From Halioglobus sp. (GTDB lineage: Bacteria; Pseudomonadota; Gammaproteobacteria; Pseudomonadales; Halieaceae): a DNA stretch of 64,000 nucleotides. Location: contig PABK01000036.1 of assembly GCA_002699145.1 (NCBI GenBank), positions 13,598 to 77,597 of the forward strand, in the 5' to 3' direction. Positions 30,851 to 40,134 of the stretch are shown in pieces. The notes beneath the pieces were generated by a model. It was not told the origin of the DNA and made no database searches. It saw nothing but the letters and a program-made list of their open reading frames with translations. The position numbers were made by a program, and so were the translations under genes. Position 1 is the first letter of the stretch. Each line of letters opens with the position of its first letter.

Positions 30851-32479
30851 CTATTGCGGCGGCGGGTCGGGCAGGCACAGCAGGAAAGACTCGGTATCGC
30901 CGGCCAGGCCCAGGCGCACCTCCAGCGCATCTACCTGGACGCGAAACAGCCCACCGGAGCTGGGGTGACGCATCTGCGGACGGCCCACGGGTTTGCCGTT
31001 GCGCAACAGGCGCAGCGTGAACGACTGGTTGGCGAACCAGCCCGGCTTGGGCCTGGTCCACGGCCCCTCGGCGACGCCGAATTCATCGCCGCGGCGCAGG
31101 GACAGGTCCAGCGGTTCGCGGATGACACTGCAGTTGTCGTAGGGATTGTCCGCGCGCAGTTGCGCGAGGCCGAACAACAACGGGTCCAGGGGGTTGGCGC
31201 GCGGCTCCAGCGGCGGCAGCGTACCCTCCGCGCGCCGCTGCAGAATCCAGCCGATAGGCACGTTGAGCTGCAGCGGGTCGGGCCGCGTCTCGGGCGGCAC
31301 ACGCTGCGCGTACGGGGAATACGCCAGGGAAACGAAATTCTGCTGGCGCTTGTGAAAATAATTCTCGTGGAACAGCGCCTGCTTGCCAAACCTGTCCACG
31401 TTCGGCGGGATTGCGGCGATGATCAGCAGCACCGCCAGCCACACCGCCGCACGCCAGTTGCGCGTCAGCGCGTCGACGGCGACACCCAGCGCGGGCAGGG
31501 TCATGGCGGCGCCCAGGTGCAGGTAGCGACTCTGCGTCGCCGCCTCCTCACCCAGCCACCAGCGGCCGTAGCCGGTTACCGCCAGGAATACCAGGCCGGC
31601 GCCGAACAAGCCCAGGGGCATAGCGGCGTCGCGCGCGAACGCCAGCGGGGAGCGGCCCGCGCAGGCCACCACCAGGCCCGCCGGCAACACCAGGGCGTAG
31701 AGCGCGGCCAGCCACTGGTGCGGCGCCAGGCTGGTGAACACCCCGGAGTAACCGGTGACCACGAAATGCAGCACCTCGGCCACACCCGCCTCGCGACCAT
31801 AGGGGTCGCTGATGGTCGCCGGTCCCACCGCCAGCCACCAGCCGAGGAAGACAACAGCCAGCGGCACGGTGTGGAACAGCGCCACCTTGAGCCCGCGGCG
31901 CAGCAGCGTCACCGCCCCGGTCACGGCGACGAGCACCGGGGCAAAACCGGCGCTGAGTATCGCCACCAGGCCCAACAGCAGGCCGAGCACGTCGCGCCGC
32001 GACAGGCCGCCCGGGTGATTGGCCAGCAGCAATTGCGCCAGCCCCATGGCCAGCGCGCCGGTAAACCCCACCTGGAAGGCCCAGATGATGTTCTCCTCGC
32101 CCGGCCCGAAGTACACGAACACCGCGGCGAGCGCTGTGGCAATCCACGCATTCACCTGGCTCCGGCGCATGATCAGCCACAGCAGCACGGCCGTCAGCAG
32201 GTGCATGCACAACACGGGCACCTGGTAGGGCGTGTAGCTGCCGAAGCCGACGCTGTGAAAAAGCAGGCGGTAGATGAGGATAGGGACGGTCGCCACATGC
32301 TCGTTGTGCGGCGCAAACAGGCTGCCGCTCATGCGCTGCGTGAGGAATACCCACTCGTCGCCATGAAACCAGTAGAAATCTCCCAGCCGCAGGAGAATGA
32401 TGAAAAATGCGCTCGCGACCAGCAGGGCGAGAACCAGTGCGGGTGCGCTGGCGCGCGGCAGTGAGGTCAGGTCGTTCAA
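30851..32479 (-). CDS. Polytopic membrane protein, probable GT-C-fold glycosyltransferase
   Basis: First TM followed by a loop with WFHGDEW acidic pair, many further hydrophobic segments, SRY near the end of the TM region, soluble C-terminal domain; TTG start. Confidence 0.6.
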   Translation of the reverse strand: MNDLTSLPRASAPALVLALLVASAFFIILLRLGDFYWFHGDEWVFLTQRMSGSLFAPHNEHVATVPILIYRLLFHSVGFGSYTPYQVPVLCMHLLTAVLLWLIMRRSQVNAWIATALAAVFVYFGPGEENIIWAFQVGFTGALAMGLAQLLLANHPGGLSRRDVLGLLLGLVAILSAGFAPVLVAVTGAVTLLRRGLKVALFHTVPLAVVFLGWWLAVGPATISDPYGREAGVAEVLHFVVTGYSGVFTSLAPHQWLAALYALVLPAGLVVACAGRSPLAFARDAAMPLGLFGAGLVFLAVTGYGRWWLGEEAATQSRYLHLGAAMTLPALGVAVDALTRNWRAAVWLAVLLIIAAIPPNVDRFGKQALFHENYFHKRQQNFVSLAYSPYAQRVPPETRPDPLQLNVPIGWILQRRAEGTLPPLEPRANPLDPLLFGLAQLRADNPYDNCSVIREPLDLSLRRGDEFGVAEGPWTRPKPGWFANQSFTLRLLRNGKPVGRPQMRHPSSGGLFRVQVDALEVRLGLAGDTESFLLCLPDPPPQ

Positions 32480-32552
32480 GGCAAGCGCAGGCGATCAGGT
32501 ATCTCGGGGGTACGGCTGATTATGCGTTCCCGCGTCCGCCAATGCCAGGTCT

Positions 32553-33929
32553 TCAACAGCCGGGGGCATTGATGTCGATAAGGTTCACCAGCTCCGCCGG
32601 GTCAGCCGTCAGGTCATAGGACTCGCGATCGGCAAGGCCAGGCTGGCTGAGGTCGTAATCGACGCTCTTCATGCCGTCGCTGCCCACCGTGGCCCGGCCG
32701 CCGTTCAGGTAGATGACCGCGGGGCTGCGCTGGTTCGCATCGTGCAGCGGCCCGCCCTCAAACTGGCTGTAGGCCGGCAAACCCGCCAGGTCCAGCACGG
32801 TTGGCGCGAGATCCACCAGGCTGACCGCTGCGCTCACATCACCCACCGGGTAATCGGGATTACCCGGTGCACTGACCAGCAGGGGCACCTTCACCGCCTG
32901 CTCCCAGAACGTCAACTTGCGCCAGTGGAACTTCTCCCCCAGGTGGAAGCCGTGGTCCGACCACAGGATCACATCGGTATGCGCCGCGTAGGGGCTGGCG
33001 GCCAGGGCGGCGAGCACCTGCCCGACCATGTCGTCGGTGTGCGAGATGGCCGCGAGGTAGGCGCGGGTGTAGTCCTGCGCCTTGCCGGCAGCCTCCACCG
33101 CCTCGTAGGTGGTCACCCCATTGAAGACCAGCGGCTGGGCCGCGTACTGCCGGCCCTTGACCGGCACATCGTCGAGATCGCCCGGGACGGGGACATGCGC
33201 GGCGACCTGCTGCAGGGGGTAGAGGTCGTAATAGGACTGGTGCACCCGCCACGGCAGGTGCGGCTGGTAGAAGCCGACGGCGAGGAAAAACGGCATGCCG
33301 TTGATGCCCGGTTGCGACGCCGCATAATCGGCGAGGAAATCACTGGCCCAGTCGGCGACCACCTGGTCCGGGTGCTGCTCCTCCTCGTCCAGCACCTGGG
33401 GATTGATAAAGGTGTTGTCCGGCCCGGGGTCGAAGGCGTTGTAGAATTCCGAGTAGGTGATGGGCGGCCCGGAACTGTCCCAGCGCGCGGGCAGGGGCGT
33501 ATTGAACACCTTGCCCGTGACGGCGGTGTAGTAGCCGCCGTCGGCCATGACCTCGGGCAGGGAAATCATACCCGGGTCAGCGTAAATCGCATCGTAGTCC
33601 GGATCACCGGGACCGAAGGAGACGCGATCGAGACCGTGAGTCGCCGGGGTCTGACCAAACATTACCGAGGTGCGCGCCGCCACGCACTGGGGCATGGACG
33701 TGTAGGCGCTGAGGTAGCGGGTGGACACCGCCGCCAGGGCGTCGATGTTCGGGGTGTGCACGGTGCCGGGGTAATCCCCCGCATAGCCCACCCAGTTGCG
33801 CAGGTCGTCGATCGCGATGAAGACGATATTGCGTGTGGGAACCTGTGCGCCGGCAAAGGGCGCACAGCCTAGCGCCAGCAGGAACACAAAAAGGCGCAGC
33901 AATCCCCTGGAATCCCGGTTGATCAACAT
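32553..33929 (-). CDS. Exported sulfatase-family hydrolase, paralogue of 23021-24361
   Basis: Signal peptide, NIVFIAIDDLRNW, CVAAR, GYYTAVTGKVFN, QPHLPW, SDHG, EKFHWRK. Confidence 0.9.
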   Translation of the reverse strand: MLINRDSRGLLRLFVFLLALGCAPFAGAQVPTRNIVFIAIDDLRNWVGYAGDYPGTVHTPNIDALAAVSTRYLSAYTSMPQCVAARTSVMFGQTPATHGLDRVSFGPGDPDYDAIYADPGMISLPEVMADGGYYTAVTGKVFNTPLPARWDSSGPPITYSEFYNAFDPGPDNTFINPQVLDEEEQHPDQVVADWASDFLADYAASQPGINGMPFFLAVGFYQPHLPWRVHQSYYDLYPLQQVAAHVPVPGDLDDVPVKGRQYAAQPLVFNGVTTYEAVEAAGKAQDYTRAYLAAISHTDDMVGQVLAALAASPYAAHTDVILWSDHGFHLGEKFHWRKLTFWEQAVKVPLLVSAPGNPDYPVGDVSAAVSLVDLAPTVLDLAGLPAYSQFEGGPLHDANQRSPAVIYLNGGRATVGSDGMKSVDYDLSQPGLADRESYDLTADPAELVNLIDINAPGC

Positions 33930-34370
33930 GGTCAGAGCCCTCGCAGGTAGACGGGCGGCCCGGCGGGTCAGCGGTCTGCAGTTTCCGTGGAGGCGTCCGC
34001 GCCAGCATGGGCGGCGGTCGCGTAATCCTTTGCAGGTCGCGCGTCAAGGGCGCAATACTTACATGAAAAATGCGCTCGGGGAAACGGTTTTGCGCAGACT
34101 GTGAACGCGACGGCATTTTGTCATAATCTGTCGGAATGTCTTAATCGACAACCGATAATCAAACGGTATTTCAAGCGGCGATTACGCCACGGCGGCGCAC
34201 AGGTACACGGCACTCGCCGAGCGGGAGAAAGCACAACCTGGATCACAGTTTCACCACCTGCGGTACGCGGCCAGTTTATAGGGGTCGGCATAATCCTTTA
34301 AGATGAGCCGGTGACAACAGCAGGCGATGCCCCGGCCGCGCTTCCGACAATAACGAAGACACATACACAT

Positions 34371-35294
34371 ATGAAAATAGTCATCACCGGCGGCGCGGGG
34401 CTGGTCGGTCAGAACCTGTTGATCAGACTGCTCGCCCGCGGCTTCGACGATGTCCACGTACTGGACAAGGCGGCGCACAACCTGGCGCTCGCCAGCAAGA
34501 CGCACCCCGGCGCGAATTTCCTGCAGACAGACCTGTCCCGGCGCGGCCCCTGGGAAAACATCGTGGCGGCGGCGGACGTGGTCGTCATGCTGCACGCACA
34601 GATCGGCGGCAATGTGCGCGCCGAATTCCACAACAACAACGTCGTGGCCACCCAGAACGTGTTGCGCGTGATGTCACCCGACGCGTCCCTGGTGCACGTC
34701 AGCTCCTCCGTGCTGGAGTCCTCGGCGACCGATGACTACAAACTGACCAAGGAGCGGCAGGAGGAACTGGTCACCTCCTGCGGTCGCCCCTACACGGTAC
34801 TGCGACCGACGCTCATGTTCGGCTGGTTCGACCGCAAGCACTTCGGCTGGCTGGCGCGTTTCATGTCAAAGACGCCGATCTTCCCCATTCCCGGTAACGG
34901 CAAGTACGTGCGCCAGCCACTGTACGCGGGGGATTTTTGCGACATTATCCTGGCCTGCATCAGCGGCGGACCACGCAATACCGCGTACAACATCTCCGGC
35001 AAGGAAAAAATTACCTACGTCGACATCATACGCGCGATCCGGCGCGTGCAGGGCAGCCGCTCGCTGCTGCTGCACCTGCCCTACGGCGTGTTCTACGCGC
35101 TGCTGTGGTGCTACGCGCTGTTCGACAGGAACCCCCCGTTCACCACCGCCCAGTTGCAGGCCCTCGTCCTGGACGAGGTGTTCGAGGACATGGACTGGGA
35201 GGGCGAATTCGATGTCGAGGCGACACCGTTCGAGACGGCGATAAGCGATACCTTCACCCATCCCGAGTACAGCAAGCTGAGGCTGGAATTCTGA
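34371..35294 (+). CDS. NAD-dependent epimerase/dehydratase (extended SDR)
   Basis: ITGGAGLVG, HVSSS, YKLTK (YxxxK), LRPTLMFG; start ATG 34371. Confidence 0.9.
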   Translation: MKIVITGGAGLVGQNLLIRLLARGFDDVHVLDKAAHNLALASKTHPGANFLQTDLSRRGPWENIVAAADVVVMLHAQIGGNVRAEFHNNNVVATQNVLRVMSPDASLVHVSSSVLESSATDDYKLTKERQEELVTSCGRPYTVLRPTLMFGWFDRKHFGWLARFMSKTPIFPIPGNGKYVRQPLYAGDFCDIILACISGGPRNTAYNISGKEKITYVDIIRAIRRVQGSRSLLLHLPYGVFYALLWCYALFDRNPPFTTAQLQALVLDEVFEDMDWEGEFDVEATPFETAISDTFTHPEYSKLRLEF

Positions 35295-35295
35295 C

Positions 35296-36579
35296 ATGGC
35301 GACGATAGCAGTCATCGGGGGCGGACCGATGGGCCTGGCCGCCGCCTACCAGTTGCTCAAGCTGGGACACGAGGTGGAGTTGTTCGAGGCGGACCGGCAG
35401 CTCGGCGGCATGAGCGCGTCGTTCATGTTCGACGGCATCAAGATAGAGCGCTACTACCACTTTATCTGCAAGGCGGACCAGCCGCTGTTCGACATGCTGC
35501 AGGAACTGGGCATTGCCGACACGCTGCGCTGGACGCCGACGCGCATGGGCTACTACCACAATGGCAGGATGTCAGACTGGGGCGAGCCGCTGGCCCTGCT
35601 GAAGTTTCCCGGCCTGGACCTGCTCAGCAAGATCCGCTACGGACTGCTGGCGTTCACCTCGACCAAACGCAGCAACTGGCGGGGCCTGGACAAGATCGAC
35701 GCGGTGACCTGGCTGCAGCGCTGGGTCGGCAAGCGCGCTTACGACGTGCTCTGGCGACCGCTGTTCGAACTCAAGTTTCACCACTTCACCCCGAACCTGT
35801 CCGCCGCGTGGATATGGTCCCGACTGAAACGGGTCGGCACCTCACGCAGCAGCATTTTCCAGGAGGAACTGGGTTACCTCGCGGGCGGGTCGGACACCTT
35901 CCTGGATTCCATCGCCGCGCATATCGTGGACATGGGCGGCAAGATCCACCTGGACAGGAAGGTAGAGGAGGTCCTGTGCCGCGACGGCGCGGTGCAAGGC
36001 GTGGTGACGGGCGCGGGCATCCAGCACTTCGACCGGGTCGTCAGCACGATTCCCATGCCCTATGTCGCGGACATGGTGCCCGCACTGCCAACGACGGTGC
36101 GGGACGCCTACGACTCGGTCAACAACATCGCCGTGGTCTGTGTGCTGGCCCACCTGGATCGACCGCTCAGCCCCTATTTCTGGCTCAATATCAGCGATCC
36201 GGACATCGATATCCCGGGAGTGATCGAGTATACCAACCTCAATCCCGTCGGCGACCATATCGTCTACGCGCCCTTTTATATCCCCGGTGACCACCCGGAC
36301 TACCAGCGCGACGACGCGTTCTTCATCGACAAGGTGCGCCGCTATATCCGCGCGATCCAGCCGCAGATGCCTGACAGCGCCATCCTGAAGATCGCTGCCG
36401 GCAGGTACCGTTACGCACAGCCCATCTGCGAGCCACAGTTCCCGGCGAGACTGCCGGCGATCAACCCCGGGGTGGAGGGGCTATACATTGCCGACACCTG
36501 CTTTTACTATCCCGAGGACCGTTCGATCTCCGAGAGCATCAGGCTGGGACGGGAACTGGCGCGCATGGCATCGACCTGA
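35296..36579 (+). CDS. FAD-dependent oxidoreductase (protoporphyrinogen/amine oxidase-like family)
   Basis: VIGGGPMGLAAAY, EADRQLGG, IERYYHF, YAQP, YYPEDRSISES. Confidence 0.88.
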   Translation: MATIAVIGGGPMGLAAAYQLLKLGHEVELFEADRQLGGMSASFMFDGIKIERYYHFICKADQPLFDMLQELGIADTLRWTPTRMGYYHNGRMSDWGEPLALLKFPGLDLLSKIRYGLLAFTSTKRSNWRGLDKIDAVTWLQRWVGKRAYDVLWRPLFELKFHHFTPNLSAAWIWSRLKRVGTSRSSIFQEELGYLAGGSDTFLDSIAAHIVDMGGKIHLDRKVEEVLCRDGAVQGVVTGAGIQHFDRVVSTIPMPYVADMVPALPTTVRDAYDSVNNIAVVCVLAHLDRPLSPYFWLNISDPDIDIPGVIEYTNLNPVGDHIVYAPFYIPGDHPDYQRDDAFFIDKVRRYIRAIQPQMPDSAILKIAAGRYRYAQPICEPQFPARLPAINPGVEGLYIADTCFYYPEDRSISESIRLGRELARMAST

Positions 36580-36637
36580 AGGGCACGGCGACAGCGCGCG
36601 CCACAGCGACGCAACAGCGCAATGAGTTGAGAATAAT

Positions 36638-38083
36638 ATGAATGACAGCGCATCACAGGTTGCACCCGCGAAGATCCCGCTCTGCGTCGATCTCGACGGC
36701 ACGCTGGTGCACAGTGATACGCTGGTCGAGTCCATACTCATGCTGGTCAAGCGTAACCCCTTGAACCTGATCGCCCTGCTCTACTGGTTGCTCAACGACC
36801 GCGCCCGCTTCAAGGAAAAGGTGGCGGCCCGTGTGCGTCCGGATGTCGACGCCCTGCCCTATAACCAGGTGTTCGTCGACTGGCTGCGCGGGCAGCGCCA
36901 GGAAGGCCGCGAGCTGGTGCTGGTGACCGCGGCGAACTACCGCATCGCGCAGGACGTTGCGCAACACCTGCAGTTGTTCGATGAGGTCATCGCCAGCAGC
37001 GCCTCGCACAACCTGAAAGCGGCCGACAAGCGCGACGAACTGCTGCAACGTTACGGCGCCGGCGGCTACGACTACGCCGGCAACAGCGAGGCCGACCTGC
37101 CGGTCTGGTCGACCTGTCGCCGGACGATCCTGGTCAACACACCGGCCAGGGTCGCCGACCGGGCGCGTGCCGGCGGCGAGATCGAGCGCAATTTTCCCGG
37201 CCACGGCAACCCCGTCAAGGCACTGTTGCGCGCGATGCGCCCGCACCAGTGGGTGAAAAACCTGTTGCTGTTCGTCAATATCATCCTCGCCCACCAGTAT
37301 TTCAACGCGACGCTGCTGGGCGAAACCGTACTCGCGTTCGTGGCGTTCTGCATCTGCTCTTCCAGCGTCTACCTGACCAACGACCTGATGGACCTGCAGG
37401 TCGACCGGCGTAACTCGGAAAAGAAACACAGGCCGTTCGCCAGCGGCCAGGCCTCGTTACAGGCCGGCATCATCGCCATACCATTGCTGCTACTGCTGGC
37501 TTTTACCCTGGCTGCATGCGTATCGCCGCTGTTTTTCGCCGTGCTGCTGTCCTATTTCGCCACCACGCTGGCCTACTCTTTTTACCTGAAGAAACACGTA
37601 CTGTTCGATGTACTCACACTGGCCGGGCTGTATACCATCCGTATCATCGCCGGCGCGTCGGTGGCGCAGCAGTTCCCCTCCGTCTGGCTGATCTCGTTTT
37701 CCATGTTCGTTTTCACCAGCCTGGCGATGGCCAAGCGTTATGCGGAGCTGAGAATGCTCGAGGCCGAGTCCGGCAGCTGGATTGGTGGTCGCGGCTACCA
37801 CGTCAATGACCTCGCCGTCATTTCCCAACTCGGCGCCGCGTCGGGCTATCTTTCCACGCTGGTACTGGCGCTGTACATCGACAGCCCGGAAGTGGCCGAG
37901 CTGTACAGCTACCCCCTGGCCCTGTGGTTGCTCTGCCCCATGCTGATGTACTGGATCGGCAGGATCTGGCTGGTGGCGAACCGCGGCGAATTGCGCCAGG
38001 ACCCGGTGATCTACGCCACCCAGGACCTGGTGAGCTACATCGCGGTGTTCGCGGGCGGGGCGATTCTGTGGCTGGCGCGCTGA
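36638..38083 (+). CDS. HAD-phosphatase/UbiA-family polyprenyl-phosphate phosphoribosyltransferase fusion
   Basis: N-terminal HAD motifs CVDLDGTL, LVTAA, GNSEAD; C-terminal MRPHQWVKN, NDLMD...KKHRPFASG, KRYAEL, DPVIYA. Confidence 0.9.
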   Translation: MNDSASQVAPAKIPLCVDLDGTLVHSDTLVESILMLVKRNPLNLIALLYWLLNDRARFKEKVAARVRPDVDALPYNQVFVDWLRGQRQEGRELVLVTAANYRIAQDVAQHLQLFDEVIASSASHNLKAADKRDELLQRYGAGGYDYAGNSEADLPVWSTCRRTILVNTPARVADRARAGGEIERNFPGHGNPVKALLRAMRPHQWVKNLLLFVNIILAHQYFNATLLGETVLAFVAFCICSSSVYLTNDLMDLQVDRRNSEKKHRPFASGQASLQAGIIAIPLLLLLAFTLAACVSPLFFAVLLSYFATTLAYSFYLKKHVLFDVLTLAGLYTIRIIAGASVAQQFPSVWLISFSMFVFTSLAMAKRYAELRMLEAESGSWIGGRGYHVNDLAVISQLGAASGYLSTLVLALYIDSPEVAELYSYPLALWLLCPMLMYWIGRIWLVANRGELRQDPVIYATQDLVSYIAVFAGGAILWLAR

Positions 38084-39390
38084 GCGCGCGCAGCTGGGGA
38101 CGGCTGCCCCTGGCCGCCGCGGCAACCACGGTGGCGGCGGACTGGCGCTTCCAGGCGCTACCCGGCCGCGACGAGGTCACCACCCTGCTCGCCCACGGCG
38201 CCCGGCGCAGCTACGGCGACAGTTGCATCAACAGCGGCGGTACAGAGCTGGACACGCGCCAGCTGGACCGTTTCATCGCACTCGACAGCAACGCCGGCAC
38301 GCTGCGCTGTGACGCGGGCGTCACCTTGCAGGAAATCCTGCGGCTGGTGGTACCGCGTGGCTGGTTCCTGCCGGTGCTGCCGGGCACGCAGTTCGTGACC
38401 GTCGGCGGGGCCATCGCCAACGACATACACGGCAAGAATCACCACGTCAGCGGCTCCTTTGGCTGCCACGTCGATGCGCTGACCCTGTTGCGCAGCGACG
38501 GCGAGCGCCGCGTGTGTAGCGAGAGCGACAACGCCGGGCTGTTCGCCGCCACCATCGGCGGCCTGGGCCTGACCGGCCTGATCACCGAGGCCACCCTCAG
38601 GCTGCGTCCCATCGCCTGCGACAGGCTGGTCGTCGAGAACCTGGTATTCAATTCGGCGCAGGAGTTCAGCCAACTCAGCGGCGAATCGATGGACTGGGAA
38701 TACACCGTGTCCTGGGTCGATGTCTTCGCTCGCGCCGGACGCGCCGGACGCGGCATCTTTTCCCGCGCCCGGCATGTCGACGAGCCCGGCGAGCTGACCG
38801 CGGGAGGCGGGCGCATGCGCATGTCACTGCCTTTCGCCCCGCCCCTGCCGCTGGTCAACAGCACGACAGTAGACCTTTTCAACCGCGCCTATTTCCTGCG
38901 CGGAAGCCGGGGCCTGGGAGTACGCGAACAACACTTCCAGCCGTTCTTCTTTCCACTGGACGCCATCGCCCACTGGAACAGGCTCTACGGTCGGCAGGGG
39001 TTCTACCAGTACCAGTGCGTGATTCCCAGGGACGGCGGGGTGGCGATACTGGAGAGTCTGCTGCGGCGTATCGCCGACAGTCGGGAGGCGTCGTTCCTCG
39101 CCGTGCTCAAGGAGTTCGGCGAACGCCGTTCACCCGGCCTGCTGTCCTTTCCCAGGCCGGGCTTCACCCTGGCGCTGGACTTTCCCAACCGCGGCGCGAA
39201 AACCCTCACGCTGTTCCAGTCGCTGGACGATATCGTCATGTCGGCGGGCGGCGCGCTCTACCCCGCCAAGGACGCGCGCATGTCGGCGCAAACCTTCGCG
39301 CGCAGTTTTCCCGGCAGCGAGGTCTTCAGCCAGTACGTGGACCCGCGGTTTTGCTCGAATTTCTGGCGCCGCGTCAGGACAGGCCTATGA
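38068..39390 (+). CDS. DprE1-like FAD-binding oxidase (polyprenyl-P-ribofuranose 2'-oxidase)
   Basis: SWGR, GARRSYGD, PGTQFVTVGGAIANDIHGKNHH, SFLAVLKEFG, PGFTLALDF, LYPAKD align with M. tuberculosis DprE1; start is GTG 38068 or CTG 38080 (uncertain). Confidence 0.88.
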   Translation: MAGALSARSWGRLPLAAAATTVAADWRFQALPGRDEVTTLLAHGARRSYGDSCINSGGTELDTRQLDRFIALDSNAGTLRCDAGVTLQEILRLVVPRGWFLPVLPGTQFVTVGGAIANDIHGKNHHVSGSFGCHVDALTLLRSDGERRVCSESDNAGLFAATIGGLGLTGLITEATLRLRPIACDRLVVENLVFNSAQEFSQLSGESMDWEYTVSWVDVFARAGRAGRGIFSRARHVDEPGELTAGGGRMRMSLPFAPPLPLVNSTTVDLFNRAYFLRGSRGLGVREQHFQPFFFPLDAIAHWNRLYGRQGFYQYQCVIPRDGGVAILESLLRRIADSREASFLAVLKEFGERRSPGLLSFPRPGFTLALDFPNRGAKTLTLFQSLDDIVMSAGGALYPAKDARMSAQTFARSFPGSEVFSQYVDPRFCSNFWRRVRTGL

Positions 39391-40127
39391 AGCAGAACAT
39401 TGTCGTCTTCGGCGCCACCTCGGCCATTTGTACGGCGCTGCTGCGACTGTACGCCAAGGAGGGCGCCAGCCTCTTCCTCGCCGCGCGCAACAATGAAAAG
39501 CTCGCCGCGCTGGGCGAGGACCTCGTCGTGCGCGGCGCCACCGTCGCCGGCATGCGCGCCTACGACTTCAATGACTGGCCACAACACGAGGGATGCCTGG
39601 AGGAGGCGGCGACAGCCCTGGGGGAAGTCGACCTGGTTATCGTCGCCCACGGCAGCCTGCCACAGCAGGCCGACTGCGACGCCTCCGGCGAGGTCACCTG
39701 GAACACGCTGCAGGACAACTTCAGCAGCACTGCGATCATACTGCAGCAGAGCGCGCGGCTGCTTGCGGCACAGGGTCGCGGCACGCTCGCCGCGTTCACC
39801 TCGGTGGCCGGGGATCGCGGCCGCAAGAGCAACTACACCTACGGGTCGACCAAGGCCGGCCTGGACGCCATGCTCGAGGGCTTGCGCGGCCGCTTCTACG
39901 GCAGCCCCGTCGCGGTCGTGACCATCAAGCCCGGCATGATCGTCTCGCCGATGACCGCGGACATGGAGCACGGCCCGCTGTGGTCCACACCGGAGGCCAT
40001 CGCCCCGACCATCAAGACGGCGATCTCGCGCGGTCGCGCGCTGTGTTACGCGCCGGGGTACTGGCGCCTCATCATGTGGGTGATCCGCGCCCTGCCCCTG
40101 GCGGTACTGGCGCGCCTGCCCATCTAG
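39387..40127 (+). CDS. DprE2-like SDR reductase
   Basis: FGATSAI, SVAGDRGRKSNYTYGSTKAG, IKPGMIVSPMT; ATGA overlap with the DprE1-like gene. Confidence 0.88.
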   Translation: MKQNIVVFGATSAICTALLRLYAKEGASLFLAARNNEKLAALGEDLVVRGATVAGMRAYDFNDWPQHEGCLEEAATALGEVDLVIVAHGSLPQQADCDASGEVTWNTLQDNFSSTAIILQQSARLLAAQGRGTLAAFTSVAGDRGRKSNYTYGSTKAGLDAMLEGLRGRFYGSPVAVVTIKPGMIVSPMTADMEHGPLWSTPEAIAPTIKTAISRGRALCYAPGYWRLIMWVIRALPLAVLARLPI

Positions 40128-40134
40128 CCCCGCT

